Assembly (NCBI GenBank): GCA_041744215.1
Contig: JBGTLG010000041.1
Location: 128,001 to 192,000, forward strand
Length of the DNA stretch: 64,000 bases
Direction: 5' to 3'
DNA from: Fimbriimonadales bacterium
Lineage (GTDB): Bacteria > Armatimonadota > Fimbriimonadia > Fimbriimonadales > ATM1
Part shown: positions 1 to 9,935 of the stretch, piece after piece
Numbering within the stretch: position 1 is the first letter of the stretch
Layout: each line of letters starts with the position of its first letter
The notes under the pieces: generated by a model
Seen by the model: the letters and a program-made list of their open reading frames with translations, nothing else
The model's database searches: none
What the model was told of the DNA's origin: nothing
Translations under genes and position numbers: made by a program

Positions 1-2
1 TT

Positions 3-434
3 GGCATACTCCTCATTCTCTTCGGCCAACTCGCTTTGGGAACGCAGGTTCGCGAAGGCATCGATGTGGCCATGATGGCGGAGCCAGGTGCACGATCAGC
101 ATGGCTCGATAGCGTTGGACCCGTCGACGAGATTCATCGAAGTTTCTCGTGGATCGTCCTCATCGCGACCGCACTCCTCTACTATCTGGTCACCAAATGG
201 AACGCACCGAATCCACTATCAATGTTGAGCAAGCTCATACTCGCTTTCGTAGTCGCGCAGATTCTCTTCGGCGTTGGACTCGCATACCTTGCGCTGCCGG
301 CAGCGCTTCAAATCCTTCATTTATTGTTCGCTAATCTCACGATCGCCGCAGCGTTTACGCACATCTTGATAACGTACAACTCGATCCCTACCTCACTAGC
401 GGCAAAGAATCATGAGCAGCAACAGCAAGGGTAG
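3..434 (+). CDS. ctaA: Heme A synthase (COX15/CtaA), C-terminal part; runs off the 5' edge
   Basis: Frame is open from nt 3 (GILLILFGQLALGTQVRE...). TM helices with EIHR and LQILHL His motifs; next to heme O synthase. Confidence 0.8.
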   Translation, partial: GILLILFGQLALGTQVREGIDVAMMAEPGARSAWLDSVGPVDEIHRSFSWIVLIATALLYYLVTKWNAPNPLSMLSKLILAFVVAQILFGVGLAYLALPAALQILHLLFANLTIAAAFTHILITYNSIPTSLAAKNHEQQQQG

Positions 435-1307
435 ATAAGCGACCGTTGCACGAAGCACTCTCCTCGCCGTTGCATCGTCGGGTTGTTGCCAGAATCGCAC
501 TCCTGCAGAGATCATCCACACGGTCAGCGTGAGAGCGATTACCATATACGCAACCTTCTGCGTTGCGAAGAAAGAATATGCCGCAACTAACGGTATTAGT
601 GGCAGCGAGTACTGCACCACGCACAACCCTGTCGCCTTTCCCTCAGCATTGGGGAACGGCAGCATCTTGAACCCAGCCCTCGAATAATCCTCGCGCAACA
701 ACCACGCAATCGACCAAAAGTGGGGAAACTGCCAAAAGAATTGGATACTGAACAGCAAGAGCGCAGGCAAACCGATTTCTCCCGTCGCAGCGGTCCAGCC
801 TGCCAGGGGGGGGATCGCTCCAGGTATCGCGCCAACCGCCGTCGACAAATGCGAACGCGGCTTTAGCGGCGTGTACGCGAAAGCGTAAACGATGATCGAG
901 GCTGCGCCAAGCATCGCCGTCAAAGGGTTCACCCAAATGACGAGAAGAGCCAGTCCAATCGCGGCCCAAGTGAGCCCGACTGCCACACCTTCCCCAAGCG
1001 AAATCCTCCCATCAGGCAACGGTCGGGTCGCAGTCCTAACCATCCGACTGTCGGGACCGACTTCGAGAACCTGATTGAGCGCGTTCGCAGAGGCAATCAC
1101 AAACCACGAGCCGGCCAATGCAGCCAACCAAACCAAAGGAGGTGCCCCGCCGGCAAGCGCCATTCCGGCTGCGGTCGAAATCCAAACGAGAAGCGTAACG
1201 CGGGGCTTGCTCAGCGCCCAGTAATCCCGCAGGCGGCTCGCCAACGACGCTGGAGCGGTAACGGCGGCGGAACCAGCAGGATTCATAAAGTGTTGGTGTG
1301 ATTTCAC
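396..1307 (-). CDS. ctaB: Protoheme IX farnesyltransferase (heme O synthase)
   Basis: LSKPRV, ANALNQ..E...D.RM.RT..RPLP, YTPLK, GAIPGAIPPLAGW, WQFPHF. Confidence 0.95.
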   Translation of the reverse strand: MKSHQHFMNPAGSAAVTAPASLASRLRDYWALSKPRVTLLVWISTAAGMALAGGAPPLVWLAALAGSWFVIASANALNQVLEVGPDSRMVRTATRPLPDGRISLGEGVAVGLTWAAIGLALLVIWVNPLTAMLGAASIIVYAFAYTPLKPRSHLSTAVGAIPGAIPPLAGWTAATGEIGLPALLLFSIQFFWQFPHFWSIAWLLREDYSRAGFKMLPFPNAEGKATGLCVVQYSLPLIPLVAAYSFFATQKVAYMVIALTLTVWMISAGVRFWQQPDDATARRVLRATVAYLPLLLLLMILCR

Positions 1308-1380
1308 CCGCTCAACAGCCTCAGAGTCAACTCAATCGCCCCATATCGGCAAAAATGGAGCGGATTCAGGATCTTCACAC

Positions 1381-2616
1381 GTGAGATTTTCATCCCTAAT
1401 CAGCTCTGCATCTCTCTGCGCCCCAGCGTTAGCCATCGTGGGGCTCGCGGTACTCCCGCAGAGCGATCCTCCAACCTTTTCCAAGGACGTCGCGCCGCTG
1501 GTCTACGCAAGGTGCGTCCCATGCCACCGCCCAGGGGGCTTTGCGCCTTTCTCACTAGTGAGCTATGAGGATGTGGCGAAACGATCGGAACTCATCCGCC
1601 GAGTGACGATCAACCGCCAAATGCCACCGACCGACGGCCTGTCAGATCACGCGACAGTCCCGCTCTTTGCGAAGCTGAACGACGCTGAGTTGAGGATGAT
1701 ACAAGAGTGGGTGCGAGCGGGCTCACCTGAAGGCTCACCAGCGGCGGTTCCACCGGTACCCACCTTTGATGACAAATGGTCACTGGGCGAACCGGACCTC
1801 GTCCTTGAGTTAGAGCGACCAACGCCAGTCAGGGCAGCAGGGAATCCATATTGGCGTGCGTACTTCGTCCAGCTTCCTCCTGATATGTCTCGCAAGGGAT
1901 TGATCGCGCTCGACGTGCGACCGCGTTCGCCAAAGGCCGTTCGGCATGTTCTTCTCGCCCAAGATCCCAACGCGAAATCGACTTTCGCCGGTTATGGATT
2001 CTCCACCTCTGGAACACTCAATGTCGCGGGCAAACATCTCGTAGGGGCATGGGCGCCTGGTTATCGGCCTCTGCGCCTCCCTGAGAAAACGGTTCTTCCA
2101 CTGCAGCCACTGCCTCTCCTCGTTCAAGTTCACTACGCGCCAACCGGGAAGGAGGAAGAAGGGCAAATAGAAATCGCCCTTTACTTTGGCAAAGGATCAG
2201 AGTGCCGAAACGCGAGTTGGCTGACGCTTGGTCGAGACGACTTCGTGATCGAACCGGACCAATCACTCGAGCTAAGCGACTCAATCGTCCTCGATCAGAG
2301 CATCCAAATCATCGCCGTCCACCCAGAAGCGCGCATGTTCGCCGACCAAGTGAACTTGTCTGAAGTCTTGCCAGAGAGTCGTCCGTCCACCGTTTTGCAG
2401 ATTTACGCTTGGAGGATTGACTGGATCGGGTCGTACGTCTTCGACAACCCTGTTCGCGTCAAGAAGGGTTCGCGCCTGACAGCAAAAGTCGCTTACGATA
2501 ATGGAAGGCATGCCCCCGCGAACGAGGGAAGAGAGCAACCAGGATTGGTCACGTCGGGTCCAACCCTGATGGACGAGATTTTCAAAGTTCACGTCCTCTT
2601 TGTCACCGACGACTGA
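1381..2616 (+). CDS. Secreted c-type cytochrome / Cu type II ascorbate-dependent monooxygenase-like protein
   Basis: Signal-like N-terminus, PTF..DVAP...CVPCHRPG heme motif, MPP, W.LGEPDLV, GAWAPG, LVQVHY.PTGK. Confidence 0.7.
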   Translation: MRFSSLISSASLCAPALAIVGLAVLPQSDPPTFSKDVAPLVYARCVPCHRPGGFAPFSLVSYEDVAKRSELIRRVTINRQMPPTDGLSDHATVPLFAKLNDAELRMIQEWVRAGSPEGSPAAVPPVPTFDDKWSLGEPDLVLELERPTPVRAAGNPYWRAYFVQLPPDMSRKGLIALDVRPRSPKAVRHVLLAQDPNAKSTFAGYGFSTSGTLNVAGKHLVGAWAPGYRPLRLPEKTVLPLQPLPLLVQVHYAPTGKEEEGQIEIALYFGKGSECRNASWLTLGRDDFVIEPDQSLELSDSIVLDQSIQIIAVHPEARMFADQVNLSEVLPESRPSTVLQIYAWRIDWIGSYVFDNPVRVKKGSRLTAKVAYDNGRHAPANEGREQPGLVTSGPTLMDEIFKVHVLFVTDD

Positions 2617-2618
2617 CG

Positions 2619-4238
2619 TTACGGTCTGATCGTCCACCAAACGCGGTCGATGCTGACCGACCAAGAAAGCGCGATACCACCACCGCCCTCAAAGATGCCT
2701 ATTCGTGTGCGCGTAGTCTTCGACGTAGGATGCACAAACCGTGATAAGTCGCCAGTGACCTCCACCTCGATCGTCTGTTGTGGCATTCCAATTGCGCGTG
2801 AATCAACCAATTCCCATGTGTTCGATTGGTAGTTGTACGCCTCAGTCTTCATCAAAACATCGGTCGTCTGGATTCCAAGCTTGATGCCAAACTTAATCAT
2901 CTTGGGCGTCGCAGAATGAGACTTGCCATCAAAAGTCGCACGCAAACTTGGCAAGCCGAGCCCAAGCGGTGGAGCCCCACTGATTCGCATGTATTGGTTG
3001 TCAGCATTCTTGATCTCTTCCAAGCCGCCGGATACTAATCCTCCCGTCTGAATCGAGAATGCAAAAGGTGATGGCGTTCGCGTCACGGCTTCCGAGACGT
3101 CCAAAACGAACAGCCCCCGGTTTATGTCGCTCACGATCACGTTGCCGCTCGGAAAGTAAGGATACGTACTCCAAGCGCCCTGAAATCCACGATTATCGTT
3201 GGACGGATACGTGTCAAAAAATCCAACTTGCACAGGGCTAAGCGGATCGTCGTTCGTGTCGAAAATCCGCAACCCGCTCCTATAGTTCGCTTGGAATAGG
3301 AATCCATGATGCCAATACTGATTGTGATCATTCGCCAGAACACCCGACGTGAACCACGTCACATAGTGCGCGTCTTCTAAGCTTGATACGTCAATGATGC
3401 GTGTACGCGTCGTGAACTCGTACTCATTTTCGTCCAACTCATCATCGACATAAAGATACTTCTCGTCTTCGCTCATCCACAACTGGTGGCAATACTTGAC
3501 ATTCGGATACGGGATGCGCTTGATGAGGAATGGATTGTTCTTGTCAGTTACATCATGGATCTCAACGCCGCGGCCCTCGCTCGAACCGAACAGAACCTGT
3601 CTTCCAGCGTACGGGCCCGACACGTACGTGTAAGGCATGATGTCGTGCTGATAAAACTCGGTCAGCGAGTCCGGACCAACCTGCACCGGATTCGCTGGAT
3701 CAGATAGATCGAAGCACATCGTTGTACCGGTGCCGTTTCGGGATCCGCACGTGTACAAGAAACCGCTCCTGGTATCGATCGATACGTTATGGCTGCGGCT
3801 CGGAGAAGAGATCGTTCGAACCAGCGTCACTATGTGACTGTCGATCTGAGACATATCGACAACCTGGATGCCAGTGCCGCTCGCTTCCGATACGATGTAA
3901 GCATAGTGCTGGTAGACCTTAATGTCTCCCCAAGTGCTGCTCGGGTGCGGCACGTAGTCAATGATGATGGGGCTCTGCGGGTTGGTGATCTCTACAAACA
4001 CGACCCGGTCGTCGCAACCCATCAATGCGTACTCCCGCCCGCTCGGCGAGGTATAGCCCCAGCAGTCGTTCCCGGACTCAGCCCCCAATTGCGTTAGGGT
4101 AAGTCGGCTCAAGAGCTGGACCTTCTCACGGGGATACTGCGCGAGCGCGGGATGAAACACGAGCGCTACGAAAAGAAGCGCCATCAATCTGGCGTACCTG
4201 ACTACCATGCCATGCCTCTCCTGGGATCTCAAATCCAC
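2619..4238 (-). CDS. Choice-of-anchor B family (LVIVD-repeat propeller) secreted protein with an extra C-terminal domain
   Basis: GNDCWGY, WGDIKVY, SHN, YCHQLW, DDELDE, DHNQ, ANYRSGLR, GAWSTYPYFPSG. True start probably about 4208. Confidence 0.85.
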   Translation of the reverse strand: MDLRSQERHGMVVRYARLMALLFVALVFHPALAQYPREKVQLLSRLTLTQLGAESGNDCWGYTSPSGREYALMGCDDRVVFVEITNPQSPIIIDYVPHPSSTWGDIKVYQHYAYIVSEASGTGIQVVDMSQIDSHIVTLVRTISSPSRSHNVSIDTRSGFLYTCGSRNGTGTTMCFDLSDPANPVQVGPDSLTEFYQHDIMPYTYVSGPYAGRQVLFGSSEGRGVEIHDVTDKNNPFLIKRIPYPNVKYCHQLWMSEDEKYLYVDDELDENEYEFTTRTRIIDVSSLEDAHYVTWFTSGVLANDHNQYWHHGFLFQANYRSGLRIFDTNDDPLSPVQVGFFDTYPSNDNRGFQGAWSTYPYFPSGNVIVSDINRGLFVLDVSEAVTRTPSPFAFSIQTGGLVSGGLEEIKNADNQYMRISGAPPLGLGLPSLRATFDGKSHSATPKMIKFGIKLGIQTTDVLMKTEAYNYQSNTWELVDSRAIGMPQQTIEVEVTGDLSRFVHPTSKTTRTRIGIFEGGGGIALSWSVSIDRVWWTIRP

Positions 4239-4335
4239 GTCCGCTTGTACGGACGGCTGTCAGTCCGCATCAGTTCAAACAGAATGCAAGGCGCTCGGGG
4301 AAACGCCTTGCATTCAGTCAACGAGGGTTGGGGAC

Positions 4336-4863
4336 CTACCGACGGCGGCGCCGAAGGAAAACAAGGCCTCCGATGCCGAGCGCGGCAAGTGTCGCGGGCT
4401 CAGGAACCACGCCGGTACACTCGATCTGCCCACGGATCTCTCCACCCGGGAACTGCTGAGTATGGACGTTGATATACGCATCGCCATCGATAATGTCCTG
4501 GATGTTGGCCTGCGCAAGGAGGGTCCCGCGGAAGATGAACGTAATCATGTTCCCATCAACAATTGGCGAACCTGGAACCTGGTTGCCCAGTAGGTCGAAC
4601 CAAACTGGACCGTTGACGCCGACCGGGCCGTAGTGGATGTGCGCACCAGTGATCACTGCAAGAGGAAGGTCAAAGATGTTCATCGACCCAGCGACTTCGC
4701 GGGTCACATCGTCGATCACGAAGGAAGCTGTGCCATACGCTGCAGACGCGTTCGGGGGAACCTCCTGGGACCCATTTATCACCGGTATCGCAAAGCCCCA
4801 AACAGTAGCGCTCGCGGAACCACCTATGCTCGCTAGGGCGAGTAATCCTATAAGCTTCTTCAT
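4336..4863 (-). CDS. CHRD-domain PEP-CTERM protein
   Basis: Signal peptide MKKLIGLL after GGAGGAG; GSQEVPP, GAHIH, YINVHT..FPGGEIRGQ; C-terminus VPEP-TM-RRRRR. Confidence 0.9.
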   Translation of the reverse strand: MKKLIGLLALASIGGSASATVWGFAIPVINGSQEVPPNASAAYGTASFVIDDVTREVAGSMNIFDLPLAVITGAHIHYGPVGVNGPVWFDLLGNQVPGSPIVDGNMITFIFRGTLLAQANIQDIIDGDAYINVHTQQFPGGEIRGQIECTGVVPEPATLAALGIGGLVFLRRRRR

Positions 4864-5003
4864 CTCCGTTTCATCAACTCCTCCGAGGATTGTGAGCTGG
4901 CAACCCAGCCCACCTATCAGAATAACGGAACAGGACGCAAGTAGGTTCCGGCAAAAATACGGGTTTTTGTGACAAGTGTCGAATTCATCACAGTCTGTTA
5001 AAC

Positions 5004-6278
5004 TTGTGCAGGAGGAGACACTTGTCAAGATCCGGCCCCGAGCGGAAGATTCTGCCCAGAGACCTAATCGCATTCAAACCGCCGAAGCCTCGCGGGTGGG
5101 TGATGGCGATCGGCGACGCGATCCTCCCCTATGTTTTGAGGAAGCTCAATGGCGTCGCCCAGGTCAGGTGGGGCTCGTCAATCGAGTCTTTGAGCCGCCT
5201 GCAGGGTCAACGCGTTCTCCTCACTCCGAACCACCCGACTCACGCGGAGCCCGCGATCCTTTACTACCTGTCCCGTAAGGCGAAGCGGCGCTTCTATTTT
5301 GTCTCCAACCGAGAATCGTTCGACCGGGCGTCGGGATTGTTCGGCTGGTTGCTTCAGTCCTGCTGCGCATACTCCATCCTCCGTGGCGCGCCCGATCGCG
5401 AGTCGTTTCGCATGACGCGGCAGATACTGAGCGAGGGTCCAAACGCACTGGTCATCTTCCCTGAAGGGGAAGTCTATAGCCAGAACGACACCCTGCTGCC
5501 CTTCCAATCGGGTGTTGTCAGCCTAGCGTTCTTCGCGCTCGAAGATATGCACAGGTCCCATGTCAGCGAGCCTCTCCTCATCCAACCTGTCGCGATCAGA
5601 TACCACTTCCTCGAAGACATGGCTCGCGCTATCAGTGGGTCTCTCCGACGGCTCGAGTCTGCCCTGGGCCTTCGAGGCACACCCCCATCAGACCCCTACG
5701 CCAGATTGCGCCGCGCGGGAGACGCGTTGATCGCTTCCGCGGAGGAGATGTACGGCTTGTCCCGTGGTGCCGCGGATGACTTGGACCCGCGAATCGAAGC
5801 AATAAAAAACGCGATGGTGAAACGTGTTGCACTCGCTGTCGGGCTGAGCGAAACGGCCCTCGGAAACACGATGCCCGAGAAAATGCGGACCCTGATTAAT
5901 GCCGTTTACACCGTAGCGAGAGATGCGGTTGTACCGGAGTCGATATACGATGTGCGGCTTCGATTGCAGGAACAGGAGCGGATCAGGCCACTGCAAAGCG
6001 ACTTGGCGAGGCTCGGCAACTGGATCGCAGTCCGCGATCAGTATGTCGGCGAGAACCCGACCCAAGAACGATTCGTAGAGACTCTGCGCCGGATGGAAAT
6101 CGAAGTGTTCGGCAACTCGTCGATTCGCGGGCGAAAAGCGTGCACCGTCCAGCTGGCGGATCCCTTCGATCTGCGAGAGTATCTCGGCGACTATGAGAAA
6201 GATAAAAAGGCCACCGCGCAGAAGGTTACGATGCGCATCGAAGAAAGCGTCACAAACCTGCTCTCCGCCAGCGTCTGA
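5004..6278 (+). CDS. Phospholipid/glycerol acyltransferase (PlsC family)
   Basis: TPNHPTHAEP and IFPEG motifs; start uncertain. Confidence 0.8.
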   Translation: MCRRRHLSRSGPERKILPRDLIAFKPPKPRGWVMAIGDAILPYVLRKLNGVAQVRWGSSIESLSRLQGQRVLLTPNHPTHAEPAILYYLSRKAKRRFYFVSNRESFDRASGLFGWLLQSCCAYSILRGAPDRESFRMTRQILSEGPNALVIFPEGEVYSQNDTLLPFQSGVVSLAFFALEDMHRSHVSEPLLIQPVAIRYHFLEDMARAISGSLRRLESALGLRGTPPSDPYARLRRAGDALIASAEEMYGLSRGAADDLDPRIEAIKNAMVKRVALAVGLSETALGNTMPEKMRTLINAVYTVARDAVVPESIYDVRLRLQEQERIRPLQSDLARLGNWIAVRDQYVGENPTQERFVETLRRMEIEVFGNSSIRGRKACTVQLADPFDLREYLGDYEKDKKATAQKVTMRIEESVTNLLSASV

Positions 6279-6315
6279 GCCAGCAAGGTAACGTCCCATA
6301 AAAGGGAACACTTCA

Positions 6316-7158
6316 ATGCCTGAACGAAAGTTCGAAGACTCGATACAAACTGACTTTCGCGAGCGACTGGACTACGCGAAGTACCTTCGTCTTGACTCGA
6401 TTCTCGGCGCGCAAAAACCGCTCGCCGTGCCGGAGCACCACGACGAGATGTTGTTCATCATCCAGCACCAGACCTCGGAGCTTTGGATGAAGCTGGCAAT
6501 CCACGAACTCCTCGCCGCGGTGGAGCACGTCAAGCGGGATGAACTGGAACCCTGCTTCAAGATCCTCGCAAGAGTCAAACAGATCCAGCGGATGCTGTTC
6601 GAGCAGTGGGCTGTCCTCGAAACGCTGACGCCGAGCGAGTACGCGCAATTCAGAGGCGTCTTTGGTCAAGCGAGTGGGTTGCAGTCTTTCCAGAACCGGA
6701 TGATCGAGTTTCTCTTCGGGAACAAGAACGCGCAATCGCTAACAGTTTTTGAGCACGATATGCAGGTACATGAGCGATTGGTAGAACTCCTCAATCAGCC
6801 GAGCCTTTACGACGAGTTCCTCAGGCACCTCTTCCGACGGGGATTTGCAATACCGGAGTCTGCAGCAGATCGCGACTGGTCGCAGCCATACGAGGGTGAC
6901 CCGAGAGTCGTAGCGGTGTTCAAGAAGATTTACGAGGATCCAAAACAGTACTGGGATGCCTACGAGATGTGCGAAAAGCTCGTTGACGTCGAAGAGCAAT
7001 TCGCGCTCTGGCGATACCGACACGTGAAAACAGTCGAGCGAGTCATCGGTTTCAAAGCGGGAACTGGAGGAAGCTCAGGCGTTCCCTTCCTAAGAAAAGC
7101 GCTCGAGATTCGCCTCTTCCCCGAGCTTTGGGACGTTCGCACGGTGATCGGCAGTTGA
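6316..7158 (+). CDS. kynA: Tryptophan 2,3-dioxygenase
   Basis: [41 protein letters not shown]. Confidence 0.96.
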   Translation: MPERKFEDSIQTDFRERLDYAKYLRLDSILGAQKPLAVPEHHDEMLFIIQHQTSELWMKLAIHELLAAVEHVKRDELEPCFKILARVKQIQRMLFEQWAVLETLTPSEYAQFRGVFGQASGLQSFQNRMIEFLFGNKNAQSLTVFEHDMQVHERLVELLNQPSLYDEFLRHLFRRGFAIPESAADRDWSQPYEGDPRVVAVFKKIYEDPKQYWDAYEMCEKLVDVEEQFALWRYRHVKTVERVIGFKAGTGGSSGVPFLRKALEIRLFPELWDVRTVIGS

Positions 7159-8369
7159 GCTTATCGATTGAAGGCCAGATTGCAAAGCTCGGGAAGGGAC
7201 CACTTACTGAAGAGGGCATTAGCGAGCACATTCGACCGCTGTTCTCGCGAGTGCTGTCTCGTAACGAAATCTATCTCGCAAATCACTCCCTAGGAAGACC
7301 GCTCGATCAAACCGCGCTCGATATCGGAGAAGCGCTCGACCTTTGGTATGCAACCATGGACGGCGCGTGGGAGACAGGTGGCTGGCTCGATGAGATGCGC
7401 GCATTTCGTGAACGCACGGCGACGTTGATCCGATTATCAGATCCAGCATGTATCATTCCCAAAACGTCTGCCGGACAAGGTCTGCGGGCTGTCTTAAACT
7501 CATTTCCAACTGACAAATCGATTCGCGTCATCGCAACGAGAGGTGAGTTTGACAGCATAGACTTCATTCTCAAAACTTACGACATGAAAGGGCGTGTGTG
7601 CGTTGTTTGGATTGAGCCACGGCAAACCGAGCCCATACCGCTGTTTGACTCTGAATCGATCGTAAACCGCATTGACTCGCATACGGATCTCGTCGTTGTA
7701 TCACAAGTCGCCTTTGCAACGGGACAGATAATGCCGGGACTCGACGCGGTTCTGATAGCTGCACAGGAATCCGGCGCACTAAGCCTGGTCGACGCATATC
7801 ACTCGGTAGGCGTGATTCCCGTCCAGATGAACTCCGACTTCGTGATAGGCGGATCGTACAAGTACGCACGTGGAGGGCCCGGAGCCTGCTGGCTGGCGAT
7901 CAATCCCAAGCGCATAGCCGAGCAACTGCGCACTCTGGACACAGGTTGGTTCGCAAAGAAAGACCCGCTTGCCTTCGCGCGCACCAGCGAGCCATTGTTC
8001 GCGAACTCCGGCGATTCGTGGCTCGAATCCACGCCCTCGATCCTTCCATTCTATCAAGCGCGCGCCGGATTGCAGTTTTTGCTCGCGGTTGGAATCGATC
8101 GCTTGCGCGAATACTCCTTGCTGCAGCTCGACATGCTAAGGACTGCATTCCGCGAATCCGGGGTTGACTGCTACGAGCCTGCCGACCCAAGGACATTTGG
8201 CGCTTTCGCCCTAGTCCCGCATCCGAACGCAACAGAACTGTCGCGCAAGCTGAAGTTAGCAGGTGTCAACACCGATGCACGCGGAGGCTGTGTGCGCTTT
8301 GGCCCGGACATTCTAAACACACGAGAAGAGTTAATCGCGGCCGCAAACATCACAGCACATCTCGTCTAA
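7155..8369 (+). CDS. kynU: Kynureninase-like class V PLP enzyme
   Basis: [29 protein letters not shown] start overlaps the kynA stop (TTGA). Confidence 0.8.
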   Translation: MSLSIEGQIAKLGKGPLTEEGISEHIRPLFSRVLSRNEIYLANHSLGRPLDQTALDIGEALDLWYATMDGAWETGGWLDEMRAFRERTATLIRLSDPACIIPKTSAGQGLRAVLNSFPTDKSIRVIATRGEFDSIDFILKTYDMKGRVCVVWIEPRQTEPIPLFDSESIVNRIDSHTDLVVVSQVAFATGQIMPGLDAVLIAAQESGALSLVDAYHSVGVIPVQMNSDFVIGGSYKYARGGPGACWLAINPKRIAEQLRTLDTGWFAKKDPLAFARTSEPLFANSGDSWLESTPSILPFYQARAGLQFLLAVGIDRLREYSLLQLDMLRTAFRESGVDCYEPADPRTFGAFALVPHPNATELSRKLKLAGVNTDARGGCVRFGPDILNTREELIAAANITAHLV

Positions 8370-8662
8370 CCACCTGCGATGGCGCCTAAAATGACGAACG
8401 GTGCGGATCCAGTTGCAACCGCCTCGGGAACGTGCGCATCCGGCGCATCATCAGACAAGTCCGCACCGCACGCAAAGAACCGCACGAACGCCCGGCGCTT
8501 CTTCGTGACATGGTCGCGAACAGTTCCGCTAAGCATTGGAAAAGCCCGCTCGAGAGCGTCGAGAATTGCTCCTTGGGTAACCGGATCGGCGACTTCCAGC
8601 ACCACCTCTCGTCCGACTCCTGCGAGATTGCGAAGATGATACGGCAAATGCACGCGAATCAC
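8366..8662 (-). CDS. MoaD/ThiS family ubiquitin-like protein
   Basis: Beta-grasp pattern, 98 aa, C-terminal AIAGG. Confidence 0.9.
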   Translation of the reverse strand: MIRVHLPYHLRNLAGVGREVVLEVADPVTQGAILDALERAFPMLSGTVRDHVTKKRRAFVRFFACGADLSDDAPDAHVPEAVATGSAPFVILGAIAGG

Positions 8663-9825
8663 GGCAACGTCTGCACCTCAACGGAAAGAACGGATGGGAA
8701 ATGCTCTCCGATCGCGTGCCAATGATCGCCAGAATCTGACGAAACGAATACCTGGCCGCCCGTTGTACCGAAATAGATCCCGCAAGGATCCATCTGGTCG
8801 ACAGCCATTGCCTCGCGCAGGACGTTCACGTAGCAATCCTTCTGAGGCAAGCCGTCAGTTAATGCTTGCCATTCGTCCCCGCCGGTGCGACTGCGATAAA
8901 CGCGAAGCTTGCCCTCCGGAGGATAGTGCTCCGAATCGCTCTTGATCGGAACCACATAAACGGTGTCTGGCTCGTGAGCATGAACGTCGATTGGAAAGCC
9001 GAAATCACTCGGCAGGTTCCCGCTCACTTCGCGCCAATTGTCGCCGCCGTCGTCGCTGCGCATCACGTCCCAGTGCTTCTGCATAAACAAAACATCGGGG
9101 CGCGAAGGATGGAGGGCGATCCTGTGAACACAATGTCCGACTTCCGCGTCAGGCTCCGGGATGTAATCCGATTTCAATCCTCTATTGATCGGCTTCCAAG
9201 AATTGCCGCCGTCCTCGGAGCGAAAACAACCGCACGCGGAAATCGCGACGAAGAGCCGATCGTGATCCGTTGGGTCGATGAGGATCGTGTGCAGACACAT
9301 GCCCCCTGCGCCCGGCTGCCAGTCCGCGGCGGTTCCGTGAGTCCGAAGCCCCGGCAACTCATGCCATGTCTTGCCGGCATCTGTGGACCTAAAAATCGCA
9401 GCATCCTCGACTCCCGCGAAGACCACGTCTGGATCGGTGAGCGACGGCTCCAAGTGCCATACACGCTTGAACTCCCAAGGTTTGGTCGAGCCGTCGAAGT
9501 GCTTGTGGGTCCCAGGCTCGCCTTCGTAAACGAACTTGTTGCTTTCGCCCCCCGGGAAACCAAAATCGTTGATTCGCTCCTCCTCAGTGCTGCCTGGTGT
9601 AATCCAAGTCTTCCCTCCGTCATCCGACCGCTGCATCACTTGACCAAACCAGCCGTTCGACTGAGAGGCGTAAAGCCTATCCGGATCGACGGTCGAACCC
9701 TTGACGTGGTAGATCTCCCACCCACCAAAAAAAGGTCCCTGGATGTCCCAGTTGTCCCTCTTGCCATCTGCCGTGCAAACAAAGGCACCTTTCTTGGTGC
9801 CGACCAAAACTCGAACTTTGCTCAC
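8659..9825 (-). CDS. BNR/Asp-box beta-propeller (sialidase-like) protein
   Basis: VLVGTKKG N-terminus; repeated S.D.G..W Asp boxes; no signal peptide. Confidence 0.9.
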   Translation of the reverse strand: MSKVRVLVGTKKGAFVCTADGKRDNWDIQGPFFGGWEIYHVKGSTVDPDRLYASQSNGWFGQVMQRSDDGGKTWITPGSTEEERINDFGFPGGESNKFVYEGEPGTHKHFDGSTKPWEFKRVWHLEPSLTDPDVVFAGVEDAAIFRSTDAGKTWHELPGLRTHGTAADWQPGAGGMCLHTILIDPTDHDRLFVAISACGCFRSEDGGNSWKPINRGLKSDYIPEPDAEVGHCVHRIALHPSRPDVLFMQKHWDVMRSDDGGDNWREVSGNLPSDFGFPIDVHAHEPDTVYVVPIKSDSEHYPPEGKLRVYRSRTGGDEWQALTDGLPQKDCYVNVLREAMAVDQMDPCGIYFGTTGGQVFVSSDSGDHWHAIGEHFPSVLSVEVQTLP

Positions 9826-9935
9826 TACTTACTCCCTTTCGGTTTCCAATTATCTACTTTATCGCACCCAAAATTCTTGCATGAACTCTTACCCATGCAC
9901 CGTCTGCCGCGTTCAGCCGCATCACGACGCCAGGA

